Below, piece after piece: positions 60,139 to 64,000 of a stretch of DNA of 64,000 nt (positions within the stretch are counted from its first letter, which is position 1; the number at the start of each line of letters is the position of its first letter). A program made the position numbers and the translations under genes. Origin of the DNA: Aestuariivirga sp. (GTDB taxonomy: Bacteria > Pseudomonadota > Alphaproteobacteria > Rhizobiales > Aestuariivirgaceae); contig NZ_JBAXGR010000008.1 in assembly GCF_037139295.1 (NCBI RefSeq), positions 6,890 through 70,889 on the forward strand, given 5' to 3'. The notes under the pieces are model-generated. The model made no database searches. It was not told where the DNA came from and worked only from the letters and a program-made list of their open reading frames with translations.

Positions 60139-63000
60139 ATGTCGATCGTTTCGTCGCTGACCACAAGGCAGATCGCCACCCTGAGCACCACGGCCATCAG
60201 GGCCCTGTCGACGACCGATGTGGCAGCACTCAGCACAACGCAGGTCTCGGCCCTCACTGCCTCGCAGATCAATGCGATGGAGACAACCGACCTCACCACG
60301 CTCGACACCAACCAGGTGCAGGCGATCTCCACCACCGCCATCAAGTCGCTGATCGCAGCGAGCATCACCAATCTCGCCGACACGCAGGCAGCGGCACTCA
60401 CCACCGGGCAGATCGGCCTCCTGCAGGCCTATGCGGTGGAAGCGCTTGAATCGACCGATGTCCAGGCATGGAACACCACGCAGCTGGGTGCCATCACCTC
60501 GCGTCAGCTGGCAGGCCTCACCACCACGGCGCTCGCCGACTTCTCAGATACGCAGCTGGGTCAGCTCACCTCCACCCAGGTGCGTGGCCTAACGACGAGC
60601 CAGCTCAACATCCTCGCCACCACCCAGCTCAACGCGCTCAACATCGCCGATCTCTCCGCCACCCAGGTTCGCGGCATGACATCGACAGCGGTCGATGCGC
60701 TGTCGACCACCCAGGCGCAGGCACTCACCGTCTCGCAGATCGCGGTTCTCTCCGCCCCGGGTGTTGAAGCCTTGAGCTCGACCGAAATCCAGGGCTGGTC
60801 CACCACGCAGCTCGGAGCCCTCACCTCGCAGCAACTGGGTGGGCTCACGACCACGGCACTCGCCGACTTCTCCGACACGCAGCTTGGCCAGATGACTTCG
60901 ACGCAGTTGCGCGGCCTGACCACGCTGCAACTCAACAACCTTGCCACGACCCAGCTCAACGCCATCGACGTCACAGCACTGTCGGCCACGCAGATCCGCG
61001 GCATGAGCTCCACCGCCATAGACGCGCTGACGGACACCCAGGCGCAGGCGCTGACCACCGCGCAGATCGCGGCCATGTCGGTCACCGGCATGGATGCGCT
61101 GACCTCCACCGACGTCCAGGGCTGGAGCACCACCCAGCTTGGCGCCATCACCTCGCAGCAGCTGGCGGGCCTCACCACCACCGCACTCGCCGACTTCTCG
61201 GATACCCAGCTCGGCCAGCTGAGCGCCACCCAGGTGAAGGGTCTCACCTCCACCCAGCTTAACGGCCTTGCCAGCACGCAGCTGAACGCGCTGAACGTCA
61301 CGGATCTCTCTGTGTCACAGATCCGCAACATGAGCTCCACGGCGATCGGCACGCTGTCCAGCACACAGGCCCAGGCCCTTGGTTCGCTGCAGATCGGGGT
61401 GCTCAGCGCCGGCGGCCTCGAGGCGCTCGCTTCGACCGATATACAGGCATGGTCGACGACGCAGCTTGGCGCCATCACATCCCAGCAGATGGCTGGCCTG
61501 ACAACCACTGGCATCGCTGATTTCTCGGACACGCAGCTGGGCCAGTTGACCTCCGCCCAGATCCGCGGCCTCACCTCGACCCAAATCAACAATCTCGGCA
61601 CCACCCAGCTCAACGCGTTGGACGTCGCCAGCCTCTCCGCCGCGCAGGTGACCGGCTTCACGACAACCGCCATCGGCAGCCTCACCTCCACTCAGGCGCA
61701 GGGCTTCACCGTCACGCAGATCGCCGCGCTGACGGCCACCGGTCTGGGCGGCGTCGCCAGCACCGATCTGCAGGCCTGGAGCACGACCCAGCTCGGCGCC
61801 ATCACCACGCGCCAGATGTCGCAGCTCACCACCACGGCACTTGCCAATTTCTCGGATACGCAGCTGGGTCAGCTGACCTCGACCCAGGTCCGTGGCCTCA
61901 CCTCAACCCAAATCAACAATCTCGGCACAACCCAGCTGAACGCGCTGAACGTTGCCGACCTGTCGACGGCGCAGGTCCGGGCGATGAACTCGACGGCGAT
62001 TGATGCGCTGACCACTACCCAGGCTCAGTCGCTCACCACCGCACAGATCGCCGTGCTCTCTGCCACCGGCCTCTCGGCGCTCAGCTCCACAGAACTGCAG
62101 GGCTGGTCGACAACGCAGCTTGGCGCGATCACCTCGCAGCAGTTCGTCGGCATCGCAGCCACGGAAGTCGAGGACTTCTCGACCACCCAGCTGTCGAGCC
62201 TCACCTCCACCCAGCTCCGCGGCCTCAGCGCAACCCAGCTGAGCGGCCTGTCCAGCACCTATCTGCAGGCGCTCGACGTTGCCTCTCTCTCCACACAGCA
62301 GGTGGCGGGCCTCGATACCACGGCGGCGGGCAACCTCTCCAGCACACAGGTGCAGTCGCTGTCGGCTGCACAGATCGGCGCCGTGACGGCGGGCTCGCTC
62401 TCCGCCTTCGGCTCGACCGATATCCAGGCCTGGAACACCACGCAGCTCGGCGCCGTGACGGCGACCCAGCTCGGGGGCCTGACCACGACCGAGATCACCG
62501 ACTTCTCGGATACGCAGCTGGGCCAGCTTGCGTCCACGCAGCTCCGTGGGTTCACCTCGACCCAGCTCAATGCGCTTGATACCGCACAGTTGACGGTGCT
62601 CACTGCGTCGTCCCTCTCGACGGCGCAGATCGGCGGCCTCACCTCGACGGCCCTCGACCGCTTCACCACCACGCAGATCGGCTCGCTCGATGCCAGCCAG
62701 TTCCGCGCCATCACGCCCGCCGCGCTGGACAGCCTCGACACCGCGATTTTCTCGGGCCTGAACGCCACGCAGGCGGGCGCCCTGACATCTGCCCAGGTCG
62801 CGGTCCTCAGCACCACCAACTTCGCGTCGCTGAACGAGACCACCGGCATCCCGTCGCTCGCCGTCTCGGCCATCGCCGGCATCACCACGGACCAGATCGC
62901 GGCACTGTCCAGCACCCAGGCCAATGCCTTCACCACCTCGCAGATCGGGCTGATGAGCTCCGACCAGCTCACCGCCCTCATCATCGCCTCCAACGCATAA
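60139..63000 (+). CDS. Ser/Thr-rich octapeptide-repeat protein (953 aa), uncharacterized
   Basis: GGGAG RBS then ATG at 60139; GC3-rich codon use; repeats of L-[S/T]-x-x-Q-[ILV]-x-x; no signal peptide; no Cys or His seen. Confidence 0.9.
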   Translation: MSIVSSLTTRQIATLSTTAIRALSTTDVAALSTTQVSALTASQINAMETTDLTTLDTNQVQAISTTAIKSLIAASITNLADTQAAALTTGQIGLLQAYAVEALESTDVQAWNTTQLGAITSRQLAGLTTTALADFSDTQLGQLTSTQVRGLTTSQLNILATTQLNALNIADLSATQVRGMTSTAVDALSTTQAQALTVSQIAVLSAPGVEALSSTEIQGWSTTQLGALTSQQLGGLTTTALADFSDTQLGQMTSTQLRGLTTLQLNNLATTQLNAIDVTALSATQIRGMSSTAIDALTDTQAQALTTAQIAAMSVTGMDALTSTDVQGWSTTQLGAITSQQLAGLTTTALADFSDTQLGQLSATQVKGLTSTQLNGLASTQLNALNVTDLSVSQIRNMSSTAIGTLSSTQAQALGSLQIGVLSAGGLEALASTDIQAWSTTQLGAITSQQMAGLTTTGIADFSDTQLGQLTSAQIRGLTSTQINNLGTTQLNALDVASLSAAQVTGFTTTAIGSLTSTQAQGFTVTQIAALTATGLGGVASTDLQAWSTTQLGAITTRQMSQLTTTALANFSDTQLGQLTSTQVRGLTSTQINNLGTTQLNALNVADLSTAQVRAMNSTAIDALTTTQAQSLTTAQIAVLSATGLSALSSTELQGWSTTQLGAITSQQFVGIAATEVEDFSTTQLSSLTSTQLRGLSATQLSGLSSTYLQALDVASLSTQQVAGLDTTAAGNLSSTQVQSLSAAQIGAVTAGSLSAFGSTDIQAWNTTQLGAVTATQLGGLTTTEITDFSDTQLGQLASTQLRGFTSTQLNALDTAQLTVLTASSLSTAQIGGLTSTALDRFTTTQIGSLDASQFRAITPAALDSLDTAIFSGLNATQAGALTSAQVAVLSTTNFASLNETTGIPSLAVSAIAGITTDQIAALSSTQANAFTTSQIGLMSSDQLTALIIASNA
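60469..62757 (+). repeat. Seven tandem 327-nt (109-aa) intragenic super-repeats
   Basis: Trp codons at 60469, 60796, 61123, 61450, 61777, 62104, 62431 (exact 327-nt spacing); each unit = 13 octads + one 5-mer. Confidence 0.95.
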
Positions 63001-63018
63001 GCCGGAGATCAACGCGCC

Positions 63019-64000
63019 TTGTCATCCTCCATCGCCACACTGTTCCGTGACGCTGACATCATCGAAAAGACCGAAGGAGCACTGGCGGCCGCCGAGCTCT
63101 ACAAGCGCTGGGTTGCCCTCAATCCGGACGACCAAAACCTTGCGGCGGCACATTTCAACATGGCGGTGGTGGCCCAGCGCGGCGGAGATGCCTATGCCGC
63201 CATCAATGCGCTGCGCGATGCGCTGAGGATAGATCCGGGCTTCCACCCCTCCTACATCAACCTCGGCCGCGCGCTGGAGGACATTGGTCAGACGGGCGAT
63301 GCGGTGAGCCAGTGGCTTGCCCTCGTGAACCGGCTTCCTGCGGTCAATGGCACAACGCTGCGCCACAAGGTGATGGCGCTGCACCAGCTGGGCCGCGTGC
63401 TCGAATTCAACCATGCCGATGCGCCCGCTGAGGATGCCCTGCGCCAGGCGATCGATCTCTCGCCTAGCCAGGCTCAGGCCATCCAGCACTGGATCGCGCT
63501 GCGCCAGAGGCAGTGCAAGTGGCCGGTGGTGCAAGGCTGGGATGGGGTGGAGGCACGGCAGCTTCTCGCCCACATCTCGCCGCTCTCCACCGCCGTGATG
63601 TTTGACGATCCGGTGTTCCAGCTGGCTCGCAATGCCGCCTATGCGCGCCAGTCAATCGCCCGGCCACCCCATGTGCATGACCATTCTGCACGGCCGTCGG
63701 AGCGTCCAGCGCGTCTCAAGATCGGCTACGTCTCCTCCGACCTGCGCGAGCATGCCGTGGGCTTCGGGCTCTGCGAGGTGATGGAGCTCCATGACCGCAG
63801 CCGCTTCGAGGTCCACGCCTATTACTGCGGCATCCCGCGCGAGGACGGCACGCGTGAGCGCATCCGCTCCGCAGTTGATCACTGGACGGATATTTCCAGC
63901 CTGTCGGACGATGCCGCTGCGGCGCGCATCGCAGCCGATGGCATCGATATCCTGGTTGATGTGAACGGCTACACGCGCGATGCCCGCACCGCTGTCTTCG
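63019..64000 (+). CDS. TPR + GT41 glycosyltransferase (OGT/SPINDLY-like), truncated by the window end
   Basis: Translated manually (not in the ORF track). GGAG RBS, TTG start; TPR-like helices (AAAHFNMAVVAQRGGDAYAAINALRDALRIDP; SYINLGRALEDIGQ); LKIGYVSSDLREHAVG; LHDRSRFEVHAY; DGIDILVDVNGYT. Confidence 0.88.
   Translation, partial: MSSSIATLFRDADIIEKTEGALAAAELYKRWVALNPDDQNLAAAHFNMAVVAQRGGDAYAAINALRDALRIDPGFHPSYINLGRALEDIGQTGDAVSQWLALVNRLPAVNGTTLRHKVMALHQLGRVLEFNHADAPAEDALRQAIDLSPSQAQAIQHWIALRQRQCKWPVVQGWDGVEARQLLAHISPLSTAVMFDDPVFQLARNAAYARQSIARPPHVHDHSARPSERPARLKIGYVSSDLREHAVGFGLCEVMELHDRSRFEVHAYYCGIPREDGTRERIRSAVDHWTDISSLSDDAAAARIAADGIDILVDVNGYTRDARTAVF

Noticed and set aside
60469-62757. Possible CRISPR array or ice-nucleation protein
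   Set aside because: The repeats are degenerate, in-frame coding units with no spacers or cas genes, and lack the AGYGST octapeptide of InaZ-type proteins.

Overview
GC-rich alphaproteobacterial chromosome segment. Gene content (PleC/DivJ-family kinase, FzlA, BetI/ChoXWV, DUF1150, G-1-less tRNA-His) points to Hyphomicrobiales; that placement is an inference. Left to right: truncated Fe3+ ABC permease; PdhS-like kinase divergent from a phasin; tRNA-His; a compact urease cluster translationally coupled behind glcDEF; divergent cytochrome c + lutABC; FAH-family hydrolase; hisS-hisZ-hisG; lytic transglycosylase; MacAB-like exporter; queG-fzlA/uppP; tRNA-Leu; rnd-lptCAB-rpoN-hpf-ptsN; hsp20; nucleoside ABC uptake and catabolism (cdd, PNP, deoA, deoB); choXWV/betI; rpsT; dnaA-dnaN-recF-gyrB. 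The most unusual part follows gyrB. It is a 953-aa Ser/Thr-rich protein without a signal peptide, built from about 113 octapeptides organised into seven exact 109-aa super-repeats. A CtrA-like box precedes it, and a TPR + GT41 (OGT/SPINDLY-type) glycosyltransferase follows immediately, running off the window end and missing from the ORF track. Together they are a candidate dedicated protein O-glycosylation system. Other leads are an orphan sigma70 promoter driving a probable sRNA between ptsN and DUF1150, the glc-ure operon fusion, and DnaA boxes plus a GANTC cluster upstream of dnaA. No transposase, integrase, prophage or CRISPR array was seen. All calls come from motif recognition only; no searches were run.
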